A DNA stretch of 64,000 bases. Origin: an uncultured virus (IMG/VR IMGVR_UViG_3300006919_000039) (lineage: Duplodnaviria > Heunggongvirae > Uroviricota > Caudoviricetes). The DNA is taken from IMG/VR virus record IMGVR_UViG_3300006919_000039; one strand, written 5' to 3'. A program made the position numbers and the translations under genes. The notes below the pieces were generated by a model. It saw only the letters and a program-made list of their open reading frames with translations. It had not been told where the DNA came from and ran no database searches. Of this stretch, positions 47,155-56,425 are shown one piece after another (the first letter of the stretch is position 1; every line of letters begins with the position of its first letter).

Positions 47155-48263
47155 TCTATCTCTAAATTTATATCACCAAGTTTTTTACATAATTCAATAT
47201 TGTGATCGAATCTTGATTTTAAATTTTCTAAATGTTTGTTCCAATTTTCTACAGGAAGAGAAGTATAATCTTTAAGATTGTCAGCAATAATATCACATCT
47301 TTTAAAAATATTATCTTCTTTATCATAATTGTGATCTAACAGATCATCAAATACGTCAAATCCTAGTTTTCGTAAATGTTCAACATAACCTGCAGAAGCA
47401 ATAAACAATGGTAATTGTCTACAATAAAAACTTTTTGTGGTTTTTTCTGTTAAAAAATATCTGTCAGTGTTGTTTCTGCACCATCCATAACTCTTATTTT
47501 GATAAACAGATTCAGCACATGTTTCATTATACCCTACACCACTTTCCATAACTATATTAAAAACGGCATTATCAAAATTGTGTAAATTATCCCATTGCTG
47601 ATGGTCATCATCTCCCAAATCTATTGGAAATTTTTCTATAAAGTCTGGATTTATTAAAAATTCTTTTATTAAATCTCTGTTATTATGGGAAAATGGTCCG
47701 TTGCTGTCAAAAAAATCTTTTTGCCCCCAACCACAACTGACCATACCATGCTGTACTAAATTTTTATCTAATAATTTTCCAGTAAAATAAATTCTTTCTG
47801 CTCTGGGCATTCTTGCTAATGACACAAAATGTACACTTTTAGGCTGTAATCCTTTTTCTATTATGGATTTATAATTGTATTCCAGTCTGTTAAAAGAAAA
47901 ATAACTGGTTTTATGGCATATAGGTATATCCACTAAATGTCTTAACAAATGGCCTTCTGTTAGGCCTCCATCTGTCCATATTATTTTTTTATACCCTTTA
48001 AATTTTACTATATCAAATATGATATTCCAGTATGTACTGTGCATTGCTTCTTCAGAATAGGTTAAATATATACTATGAGTAACAGGCAACTTCTCTAATG
48101 CTTCTTTAGTATATGTTGGAAGCTCAGACTCCAGAGTATTACTATAATTTATAATACAAACATCTCCAGATATATTTTCAAATATAGGATTAAAATTTTC
48201 CTCTTCCTTGTGAGCAACTAATATATTATTTTTTGTTTTACTTATATACATGTTGTATTCCAT
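47130..48263 (-). CDS. Glycosyltransferase-like protein (TEK..P.F..GF.VF..YD family)
   Basis: R.PR.ER; NIVMES; LTEKTTK; LGFDVFDD...NYD. Confidence 0.5.
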   Translation of the reverse strand: MEYNMYISKTKNNILVAHKEEENFNPIFENISGDVCIINYSNTLESELPTYTKEALEKLPVTHSIYLTYSEEAMHSTYWNIIFDIVKFKGYKKIIWTDGGLTEGHLLRHLVDIPICHKTSYFSFNRLEYNYKSIIEKGLQPKSVHFVSLARMPRAERIYFTGKLLDKNLVQHGMVSCGWGQKDFFDSNGPFSHNNRDLIKEFLINPDFIEKFPIDLGDDDHQQWDNLHNFDNAVFNIVMESGVGYNETCAESVYQNKSYGWCRNNTDRYFLTEKTTKSFYCRQLPLFIASAGYVEHLRKLGFDVFDDLLDHNYDKEDNIFKRCDIIADNLKDYTSLPVENWNKHLENLKSRFDHNIELCKKLGDINLEIEWINSQIV

Positions 48264-49479
48264 ATTTCTCTAATAAGTCTATAAGCTCTGGGAATATTTC
48301 CCTCCAACCTTTTTCGTGTAGGCGTATTTTATCTAACTCGTCATTGTACCGACAAAAGTGTTCCCATTTAACTTCATCCCAATCATCGTTATCATACATA
48401 CTCAACAATGTTCCGAGTTCATATCTGTTACCCATCGTTTTTCTAAACTTGGTATGGGCCGCAAGTCTCACGACGGGCGGTAATATTCCGGGCGATAGGT
48501 AATCAGGGTCATAAACAAAGTTCATATCCACAGGCACTGGTGCCCAGTCTAAAAACTTATCTAAATAAATGTAACTGTAAGCACTAACAGTTTGAGTAAT
48601 TCTAACTGTGAGCTCAGGTACATCTTTTATCAGACTTAAATTTTTCTCTACATCTGACCATTCTGTAGGAAATCTGATATATTGATTTCTGTGTTCCAGG
48701 TCGTCTATACTAGGACAAACTCTGGCTTCTTTAAATTCTTTCCAAAGTGGTATTGCTTCTTCAGGCAAATTTGTCATGTTAATATTATACCACAGTATAA
48801 TATTTTTACTGCGGCCACTATCAACTAATTTGCGTAAGTAATTCCAATGTGCTTTAATAAGTGTTGGCTCACCACCATTGATATATAAAACTTCCATGTT
48901 AGGCGCACACTCAAATAAATCCTCATAAAAATTTTCATCTTCTGGCCACTGAAAGTCGTGTTTGTGGTCTAACCAACTGTATCCGTCATTTACGAAGTCC
49001 AAGGACTCAACAATTTCTTTATAATCTTTAACCCACCTTGAACTACTTGCTGGATTACAAGTGCGACAGCGGACATTACATACATTACCAAGACGCAACT
49101 CGACAAAACGAAGATCCAAAGGTATGCTACCATCCTCACTTGTAATTCTGGATGAGTAATCGGCGTCAAAGTCCTTATATATCTTGGACTCGTAGATACG
49201 TTTGCTCTCAATTCCTTTTCTTTCTTCATCGTAGCATCTTTTACATGCTTTAGGCTCCACATCATTTAACATCTCCCTTCTAATCTGCTTAAAATAATCA
49301 CTATTCATATGTGTATCAATATTGTGATCATTTAAATTGAAAAATACATCTCCCTTTTCAGTAAAGTCTCTTGCTCTGTTTTTACCTGCTGTCATGTCAG
49401 AGATACAACAAGGAGTTACACCACCATGTGGGTGTGTACCTAAATGCATCCAAGGTAAAGGACAAAATGTTTTACTCAT
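48238..49479 (-). CDS. Radical SAM/Twitch protein (#4)
   Basis: CPLPW..CC..CKRC; CNVRCRTC; NGGEP. Confidence 0.9.
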   Translation of the reverse strand: MSKTFCPLPWMHLGTHPHGGVTPCCISDMTAGKNRARDFTEKGDVFFNLNDHNIDTHMNSDYFKQIRREMLNDVEPKACKRCYDEERKGIESKRIYESKIYKDFDADYSSRITSEDGSIPLDLRFVELRLGNVCNVRCRTCNPASSSRWVKDYKEIVESLDFVNDGYSWLDHKHDFQWPEDENFYEDLFECAPNMEVLYINGGEPTLIKAHWNYLRKLVDSGRSKNIILWYNINMTNLPEEAIPLWKEFKEARVCPSIDDLEHRNQYIRFPTEWSDVEKNLSLIKDVPELTVRITQTVSAYSYIYLDKFLDWAPVPVDMNFVYDPDYLSPGILPPVVRLAAHTKFRKTMGNRYELGTLLSMYDNDDWDEVKWEHFCRYNDELDKIRLHEKGWREIFPELIDLLEKYGIQHVYK

Positions 49480-50807
49480 TATATGTATGTTCCTTTTTCT
49501 ATTGCTCCGTACATTGGGTCTTTTTCTGCCCTATTGTACAATAAATCATAATCAAAATCTTCTTTTACTATTTCCCATAACTCTGGAAATATTTGTCTAA
49601 AATCTTCTTTTCTGTATTGGTCTCCAGATACAACCTGTTTTCTAAACATATTCCATCTTACTGCTATTTCACTTTCTACAGTATTGTTTTGGTCCTCTCC
49701 GTATGCTGTAACAGTATCTTTTTGTCTTGCTGTAGCATGACGTAATATGCCTTTCATTTCTGAAATATATTTTTGCTCAAATAATCCTTCTCTTATTGCT
49801 TTTTGTAATCCTTCAACACTTCGTTCTTTCATCTCATCTGGTAAAACATTAGGATTAAACCAACTAGGTAAGTTTGCTATATTATGAAAAATATCAAATC
49901 TAGGCCAACGTTCCCTAAATTCTTGATGAAATTCTACCAAATACATCAAATTTAAAATAGTAACAGTATTGGTTATACCTGCATGTATTTTTCCGTCCTC
50001 TACCCACTTATGTATTTTGTCTAAGTTAGCAGAAACTTCTTCCCAATTACCTGGAAATCTTAGATATTCAAATCTTTTACCTATTCCATCTATGCTTACA
50101 TTAAAAGCAACATTGTCAAAATTTTCTATAACTCTTTCTAAAAACTCTCCACCTGCCTGTGTTCCATTAGTACTAAAATTTATGCCGATGTTTTTAGCAT
50201 ATCCTTGATCTATTAATTTTTCGGCAAAAGTTTTAAACTCTTTCATGTACAACGGTTCGCCACCCATTATTTCTAAATTTTTTATGTGTGGAATCCAGTC
50301 ATCCATTTCGGTCCAAAACTTTGATCGTTCCTGATCGTCCATTGGTACTGGTACTACTTCTTTAAAATAAGGCAAACCTCTGGCATTTGCTTCTTTTACC
50401 CACTTGCTACTGTAATTTGGATTACAACTTCTGCATTTTAAATTACATGTCGTGCTTAAAATAATTTGCATATCCTGAGGCATGTCAGGTTCTACTGAAT
50501 AATCTATAGGATCTAATCTCCATTCGGCATATTCATTGTAAATTTGCCTTTTGGATTTTTTACCGTTTGCTTCTTCTCTCCAACAAGGCTCACAGTTTTC
50601 AGGAAGTTTACCTTCCCTGATTTCTTGTCTTATTTTTTTATAATAATTGCTATGAAATATATCGCGTACTGAAGTTGAACCTAGTGTAAAGTCTTCTCCA
50701 TTATCATCTTTTACTCGCTCTTTTGCTATACAGCAAGTTCTGACTTGGCCTAAAGGCTCATTACTAAGATGAGCCCATAGTAAACTACAATACCTAGGTT
50801 CTGACAT
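49479..50807 (-). CDS. Radical SAM/Twitch protein (#5)
   Basis: CSLLW..CC..CEPC; CNLKCRSC; MGGEP. Confidence 0.9.
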   Translation of the reverse strand: MSEPRYCSLLWAHLSNEPLGQVRTCCIAKERVKDDNGEDFTLGSTSVRDIFHSNYYKKIRQEIREGKLPENCEPCWREEANGKKSKRQIYNEYAEWRLDPIDYSVEPDMPQDMQIILSTTCNLKCRSCNPNYSSKWVKEANARGLPYFKEVVPVPMDDQERSKFWTEMDDWIPHIKNLEIMGGEPLYMKEFKTFAEKLIDQGYAKNIGINFSTNGTQAGGEFLERVIENFDNVAFNVSIDGIGKRFEYLRFPGNWEEVSANLDKIHKWVEDGKIHAGITNTVTILNLMYLVEFHQEFRERWPRFDIFHNIANLPSWFNPNVLPDEMKERSVEGLQKAIREGLFEQKYISEMKGILRHATARQKDTVTAYGEDQNNTVESEIAVRWNMFRKQVVSGDQYRKEDFRQIFPELWEIVKEDFDYDLLYNRAEKDPMYGAIEKGTYI

Positions 50808-50808
50808 A

Positions 50809-52125
50809 TTACTTCCGTCTAGTGTTACCGTAATGAATTACTTCAACACCCATAATATCAGGAGTTTTTCTCCAAGGATCTACTACAACACTACCTGGTG
50901 CAAATGTTAATTCAGTACCATTACCTGTCGATACCAGAGCAGTATCACAATCTGTAACGTGTTGCTCATTGTACCAACCTGGTACTGTATCTAATTGATC
51001 GCCATATGTAATACCTGGATTATGTGCTAGTAGATATACTGCTGGATTATTTAAAACTTCCTCTGGAGGAATATCACCTGTTTTTTCATCATAGTAGTAA
51101 AGATCATGACCATGTTTTTGTACATAGTGTCCAACTAACATGCTACTAGAGCCTGCTTCATATTCCACTAAAGGTTTATATGCTTTACCTACAATAATAA
51201 TAGGCATGCTTGGTACTAAGCCAAATGCTGGGTGTTGATCACCTGCTAGTGTCATTAGACGTTTTGCCATGTTCTCTGCTTGTACTTCTCTTGATAACAT
51301 TACTGCATCAAACAAGTCATATCCTAGCTCAAGTTCTTCTGCCATCCAACGTAAAGCGATATTATCTCGGGGGTGACAAGCACCACCATCGCCCATACCT
51401 GGCTTCATATAACCTGGTCCCATAATACGTCTGTCACTAGTAGCAAGTGCATCACAAACAACTTCTGCGTTTATGTTGCCCAAGTTTTCTGCAACATCTT
51501 GTATCATGTTTACTAGACTTACTTTTGCTGATATAAATGTGTTGTAAAATACTTTAATACATTCTGTTTCGTCCCAAGTACCTATAATGTATCTGGGTTC
51601 GTTTTGCATTATTGTTTTATAGAAGTCTACAAGTTCCAATGCGTCACCAGTTTCACTTCCATCTTCTGTTCCAATCATTACCATTTCTGGATTAACCATA
51701 TCCCACTTTACTGTACCCATAGCAATAAGGTAAGGATTGTAAACAAACCTTGCGTTTGGTATTAAGTCAATAAACTCTCTTCTGGTAGTTCCAGGTAAGA
51801 CTGTTGATATAAGGACTACTAATTGGTCTTTTGTAGCAACCGCATTTACTTCACTAAGTACTTGCTTGACCAATGTATAGTCAAAGTCTTTGTTTGGTAA
51901 ATGGCTGGTTGGTGCTTTTCCATCATATTGTGGATCATGTGGTGTAGGTACTGCTATAAAAACAATATTTCTACCACGTACAGCATCTGCTATACTGTCT
52001 ACCATTGTAAAGTTTTCAGGCTCTACATGGTTTACATCATATCCAACAACATCATGTACTTCAGCGACCATCTCGGCACAGGCTTGTCCTAACTTTCCTA
52101 CACCGATAAATCCGACTGAGGCCAT
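50809..52125 (-). CDS. UDP-glucose/GDP-mannose dehydrogenase family protein
   Basis: GVGKLG, FIAVPTP, STVLPGT, KVFYN, catalytic GGACHPRD. Confidence 0.9.
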   Translation of the reverse strand: MASVGFIGVGKLGQACAEMVAEVHDVVGYDVNHVEPENFTMVDSIADAVRGRNIVFIAVPTPHDPQYDGKAPTSHLPNKDFDYTLVKQVLSEVNAVATKDQLVVLISTVLPGTTRREFIDLIPNARFVYNPYLIAMGTVKWDMVNPEMVMIGTEDGSETGDALELVDFYKTIMQNEPRYIIGTWDETECIKVFYNTFISAKVSLVNMIQDVAENLGNINAEVVCDALATSDRRIMGPGYMKPGMGDGGACHPRDNIALRWMAEELELGYDLFDAVMLSREVQAENMAKRLMTLAGDQHPAFGLVPSMPIIIVGKAYKPLVEYEAGSSSMLVGHYVQKHGHDLYYYDEKTGDIPPEEVLNNPAVYLLAHNPGITYGDQLDTVPGWYNEQHVTDCDTALVSTGNGTELTFAPGSVVVDPWRKTPDIMGVEVIHYGNTRRK

Positions 52126-52171
52126 CTCTATCTCCTGTTGTGTTATTGTGTGTAGTTTTTAAACTACTGAC

Positions 52172-52179
52172 TATTTATC
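52172..52179 (-). promoter_or_regulatory. Late-type promoter GATAAATA
   Basis: TATTTATC on +, about 47 nt upstream of the dehydrogenase. Confidence 0.55.
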
Positions 52180-52216
52180 GGGTCGGAATTAGCAGTATTA
52201 CTGCTTATGGCAGGGA

Positions 52217-53620
52217 TTATCGTTGATTATGTTTGCGGTCTACTCTCATCCACCAATCATATAGTTCTGTATCTTGCTGGTAAATTTGTTCTATACGCAA
52301 TTTTTCTTCTGGTCTAATTTGTGCTATTTGATTTTGCCAGTTCCTGCCTTTAAAAAAGGCTTCTTCGGCCTCGTCTGGCCATTGTTCCTGAAATGTTGGT
52401 GAGGTTTTCATACCTTCCAGTTCATTTATTAATGTTTGTTGCTTATGTGTAGATCTAGGCCTTATATAGTCTAGCACATCATCTATTATTCTGTCAAGTA
52501 TTTCTCTTGGCCAAGCCATCATACTCATAACAATATCAGGATGGAATGCAAACATGCGTTTTGTTTCTATTTTTACGTCAAGTTCTAATGCATAATCAAA
52601 AAAGTTTTTAAGATCAAACATACCAGGGCCTGTTAATGTTAAGTCCATCAACATTTTATCATTACCACCTGGTAGTGCAACACCCTCTCTAAAGTTTTTA
52701 TCCCATTGTTCCCAATTTAAACCTGTGCGAATAAACTCGCCTATATCGCCTGTTCCATCTATACTGGCACACATAGTCCAATCTTTTGCCTGTGGTAACC
52801 AATCGTACAAATAATAATCCTTAAATCTTACACGACTTAAATTACTGTTATATCTTAAATGTACTTTTTCAAGATTATTATCTTGTGCTAATCTATCCAT
52901 TGCTCGCCAATGTATATCATACATTAATGGTTCGCCACCTACCCAGTATAATTCTTCAACTGTACCACTGCAAATATATTCCCAAAATTCTTCTTCTACT
53001 ACCTCTTTTTGAAACTTCTCGATAATCTTTTTGTTCTCAGGTACCATAAAAGGTTGATTCTCTGGAGTCCAAAGATCGTGTTTACGTTTTTCTGCCTCCC
53101 ATGTTGAGCTGAGCGGCTCGCCACACATACGGCATTTAAAATTGCATAAATTACTAACCCTATAATCAAAAGAGATAGGTTCCATTGTAGTATATCCATT
53201 TTCATCAGTCTCCTCAAAACATTGATCTATTTTATTCTCGAACAAGTAACCTGTAAACCATTGTCTATATGTACTTTGGCTTAATACACTATCATTACAA
53301 ACATTACATTGTGGTATTTCCTCACCTGCCATAAGTTTCTTTCTTATGTCCATCATGTAAGGTGAGTTCCAATGTTCTTTTAAACTAATAGGTTTGTAAT
53401 CTGCTATTGTGCCTACTTCCTTATATTTTCCTGTGCTTTTATCATTACTGGCATCAATGTATTGCCTTTGCATCATGTGTTCTTCCCTACTAGCACAGCA
53501 CATACGCCTCTCTGACTGCGGAGAAATATAGGTATGGGTCCAGGGTGCTGTACAAAACACCTTGTTTTCAGACTCTGGGTGCATAGCACCGTGTTCCCAT
53601 TTAGGCTTTATCTTACTCAT
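52217..53620 (-). CDS. Radical SAM/Twitch protein (#6)
   Basis: Start MSKIKP (ATGA overlap); CTAPW..CC..CNVC; CNFKCRMC; VGGEP. Confidence 0.9.
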   Translation of the reverse strand: MSKIKPKWEHGAMHPESENKVFCTAPWTHTYISPQSERRMCCASREEHMMQRQYIDASNDKSTGKYKEVGTIADYKPISLKEHWNSPYMMDIRKKLMAGEEIPQCNVCNDSVLSQSTYRQWFTGYLFENKIDQCFEETDENGYTTMEPISFDYRVSNLCNFKCRMCGEPLSSTWEAEKRKHDLWTPENQPFMVPENKKIIEKFQKEVVEEEFWEYICSGTVEELYWVGGEPLMYDIHWRAMDRLAQDNNLEKVHLRYNSNLSRVRFKDYYLYDWLPQAKDWTMCASIDGTGDIGEFIRTGLNWEQWDKNFREGVALPGGNDKMLMDLTLTGPGMFDLKNFFDYALELDVKIETKRMFAFHPDIVMSMMAWPREILDRIIDDVLDYIRPRSTHKQQTLINELEGMKTSPTFQEQWPDEAEEAFFKGRNWQNQIAQIRPEEKLRIEQIYQQDTELYDWWMRVDRKHNQR

Positions 53621-53766
53621 AGTTCTGGGTCGTATAAACAATCTTTATCTAGTTCTTCGTTCTCTATATCTTCTTCAGTAACGTCACAATAATTACACGG
53701 TTCACCTCTTAATGTTGATGTTATACCTAAGCCGTGTTTACAAATATGTGTCCAAAATTTATGCAT
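53617..53766 (-). CDS. 49-aa Cys/His microprotein (not in ORF track)
   Basis: MHKFWTHICKHGLGITSTLRGEPCNYCDVTEEDIENEELDKDCLYDPEL*; overlaps both neighbours. Confidence 0.65.
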   Translation of the reverse strand: MHKFWTHICKHGLGITSTLRGEPCNYCDVTEEDIENEELDKDCLYDPEL

Positions 53767-54517
53767 TTGCAACCTCTAGTTGGTTCATATTTACAAAAAA
53801 ATCATAAAACTTTTGATGCGTTAAAACTGCTGTATTAAATTCTTTCTCATCTCCTAAATATTTTTCAATATAATCTACATTTTTAAGAGCTACAGCACAA
53901 TCAGGATAAACATCTTCACATTTGCCTTCATATCCTATCCTGGCATGTGGGAATTTATTTCTTAAATCTTCTATTCTGGATAATTTTAATTCTTCTATTT
54001 GTGTAGGAAATTTAAAAGCAGTATGATATATGTATAATCTTTCTCCTCTCTGAGTCCTGTTATATTTGTCATAAAGTTTTTGTATGTTTTCGTCAGTTCC
54101 TGAATATCTAACAACATGAAAGTTATTAAAACAAAATTCTACTAGTGCCCAATCATCTCTAGAATCAAAATGTATTTTTACGTCTTGTGCTTTTGTTCTT
54201 TCTTTTACCCATTCACCTGCTTCAGTATCAGTTACACACCATATTAATGGAATACCAATCTGTTCTGTTAGATCCAAAAGTTTTTTACAATTTAAATCGT
54301 CCAGTTCACTTTTTTGTGCGGCTTCTATATAAGGTATAAACCCCCATTTACTTTGTATGCCCACATACTTTTTATTTTCTGGGATAGAAAGTTTGGGTGT
54401 TGTTTTAGTCATTACTACAGCATCAGCATTACATTGTGCCGCGGCTACTACTCTGGACTTTATAACTTCCCAATCATTTTCATGACCTATACCAATGTTA
54501 GCATATAAATCAATCAT
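53759..54517 (-). CDS. NeuB/PseI (nonulosonate synthase)-like TIM barrel, degenerate
   Basis: ANIGIGH...NADAV...YHT...FPT....L..I..L...IGY...IEK. Confidence 0.65.
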   Translation of the reverse strand: MIDLYANIGIGHENDWEVIKSRVVAAAQCNADAVVMTKTTPKLSIPENKKYVGIQSKWGFIPYIEAAQKSELDDLNCKKLLDLTEQIGIPLIWCVTDTEAGEWVKERTKAQDVKIHFDSRDDWALVEFCFNNFHVVRYSGTDENIQKLYDKYNRTQRGERLYIYHTAFKFPTQIEELKLSRIEDLRNKFPHARIGYEGKCEDVYPDCAVALKNVDYIEKYLGDEKEFNTAVLTHQKFYDFFVNMNQLEVANA

Positions 54518-56174
54518 TTCCTGCTTCTCCTCCTAAACCGTCTGTTTCTGTGTCCCAACCAATACTGCTACCAACTTTGTTTTGTTTTTCATCGTCAGCA
54601 TACTTTTGGTCATCATAATCATCTTGACTTTCACCTGTGTTACGATTACGCATTTTCATTTCTACAACTTTTACTTCACCGTCTTCTGTTACAACACGTT
54701 TTGCATAAAGTCCGCCTGTAACTCCTGCTGTTTTAGGTGCTTGTATATCTTCCTCTTCATTATTAAAGTCTAATAATTTAATATTATCATAAAACTCTAC
54801 CATGTTAGGAAATGTTTTTCTAAAATCGAAACCACGTCTAGCATCATATTGTTCATAAAATAGTTTAAAGTCATGTTCTAATAACTCTCTGTCAGCAGTA
54901 TTTCTGTGTGGAGTTTTTACAACGTCAAGGTATTCTATTAGTCTACTTACTTGATCTTGTTCCCAAGGTTGCACTAACAGTTGTCCGTCTTTGTCCTTTT
55001 CTTCCTTTTCTCTTACGGCATTTAACCAGGCAAAAACTTCGTCATGATATTTTTTACGCAAGTCATCAGGTAATGTTAGGGGTGACTGGAAACTAGGAAA
55101 ACGTAAAATGTTACAGGTAAATCCAGGACGATTATGACCGTATTTACGTTTCATTTCTAGCATCCAGTCAAAAAATTCAACAATACTATCCAAGCATAAT
55201 GCATTGATAGTCATCATCATATGCATACCTTCAAGTCTTGCTTCACTACAAACTTTTTCAAAAGCACTAGTCCATTGTTCCCAATTAAGACCGTCTCTTA
55301 TATATTCTGCTTGTGGACCATATGCTTCACAACTTGTATATAAATGGAATCTGTTTATGTTTTGTGTACCAGCAATCATTTTATCTAACAAATCTGGTTT
55401 TGCCATTAAGTTACTGTTAATAGCAAATCTCATATTTTCTTTGTTAGGCTCATCAGTTGTTTCAAACCAATTAAATAACTGATAAATGTCAGGCGTCATA
55501 AGTGGTTCACCACCTGTAACTCTTATTTCTTCCAATTCTGTACTTAGTTCAGGCCACCATCTCCAAAATGCATCTACATAGGGATTAAATTCTCCCTGAT
55601 CAAAAGGCTCGGCGTAGGGGGCATCATCTATAAAGTGTCCTCTAGCATCTGATTTAATACCTTGATAACCTCCGTTTACTCTAATGTCTTTTACCCATGT
55701 ACTACTAAAAGCAGGATTACAATAACTACATGCTAATTGACAAGTTCTATTAAAGGCAATTTCTAATGTTTTTAAGTTTACATCAAACTGCGGATCTAAT
55801 GTAGCCGCAGTATGCAAGTCATCATCTTCATATATAACTGTTTTATATACTCTATCACTTACAGGCTCATTACCGTCTGCGTCTTTGCCCATGTCTTCTA
55901 TCTTCCAACAGTATTCACATTCTTTAGGACGTTGTCCTATTTGCATCATATCTCTCATTTTCTTTTTATGACGTGTATTATGAATTGCTGATGGATTTTC
56001 TTTAATTTCTTCTAAATCGATTTGGTGTGCTGGAGGGTGATGACAACTTGTAGTTCCGCCATGTCCTAACCATATAGTAGCATTATACCACTTTGCACCA
56101 CAAAAGGATTCAGAAACAGAATCTATCATTCTCTTTTTAAATTCTCTATGAGATTCACCTGCTTGTCTTCCCAT
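54510..56174 (-). CDS. Radical SAM/Twitch protein (#7, AKW/SCHHP subtype)
   Basis: CGAKW..SCHHPP..CEYCW; CQLACSYC; TGGEP. Confidence 0.9.
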   Translation of the reverse strand: MGRQAGESHREFKKRMIDSVSESFCGAKWYNATIWLGHGGTTSCHHPPAHQIDLEEIKENPSAIHNTRHKKKMRDMMQIGQRPKECEYCWKIEDMGKDADGNEPVSDRVYKTVIYEDDDLHTAATLDPQFDVNLKTLEIAFNRTCQLACSYCNPAFSSTWVKDIRVNGGYQGIKSDARGHFIDDAPYAEPFDQGEFNPYVDAFWRWWPELSTELEEIRVTGGEPLMTPDIYQLFNWFETTDEPNKENMRFAINSNLMAKPDLLDKMIAGTQNINRFHLYTSCEAYGPQAEYIRDGLNWEQWTSAFEKVCSEARLEGMHMMMTINALCLDSIVEFFDWMLEMKRKYGHNRPGFTCNILRFPSFQSPLTLPDDLRKKYHDEVFAWLNAVREKEEKDKDGQLLVQPWEQDQVSRLIEYLDVVKTPHRNTADRELLEHDFKLFYEQYDARRGFDFRKTFPNMVEFYDNIKLLDFNNEEEDIQAPKTAGVTGGLYAKRVVTEDGEVKVVEMKMRNRNTGESQDDYDDQKYADDEKQNKVGSSIGWDTETDGLGGEAGND

Positions 56175-56425
56175 TATTTCTCCTTTGGATATCCTTCATA
56201 CCATTCTATGATAGTATTAATTCTTACATCTCTCCATGCCTCAACATCTAATCCATAGCATACAACTACATCTGGACTAGTATAATTTTTTATTGTAAAA
56301 GATTGTTTATGTATATCTTTATTCAATGTACAAGGCATTGTTCTAATTTCTTTAGTGTATAATTTTTCAAAAACTATTGTAATGACACCTTTTTTTAGAG
56401 CTTCAACTATTTGGCCTGAATTCAT
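56174..56425 (-). CDS. SH3-like/WYL_2 (DUF2693-like) small protein
   Basis: V.FEK....IR.M.CTL...V.Y.LD..AWR. Confidence 0.6.
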   Translation of the reverse strand: MNSGQIVEALKKGVITIVFEKLYTKEIRTMPCTLNKDIHKQSFTIKNYTSPDVVVCYGLDVEAWRDVRINTIIEWYEGYPKEK

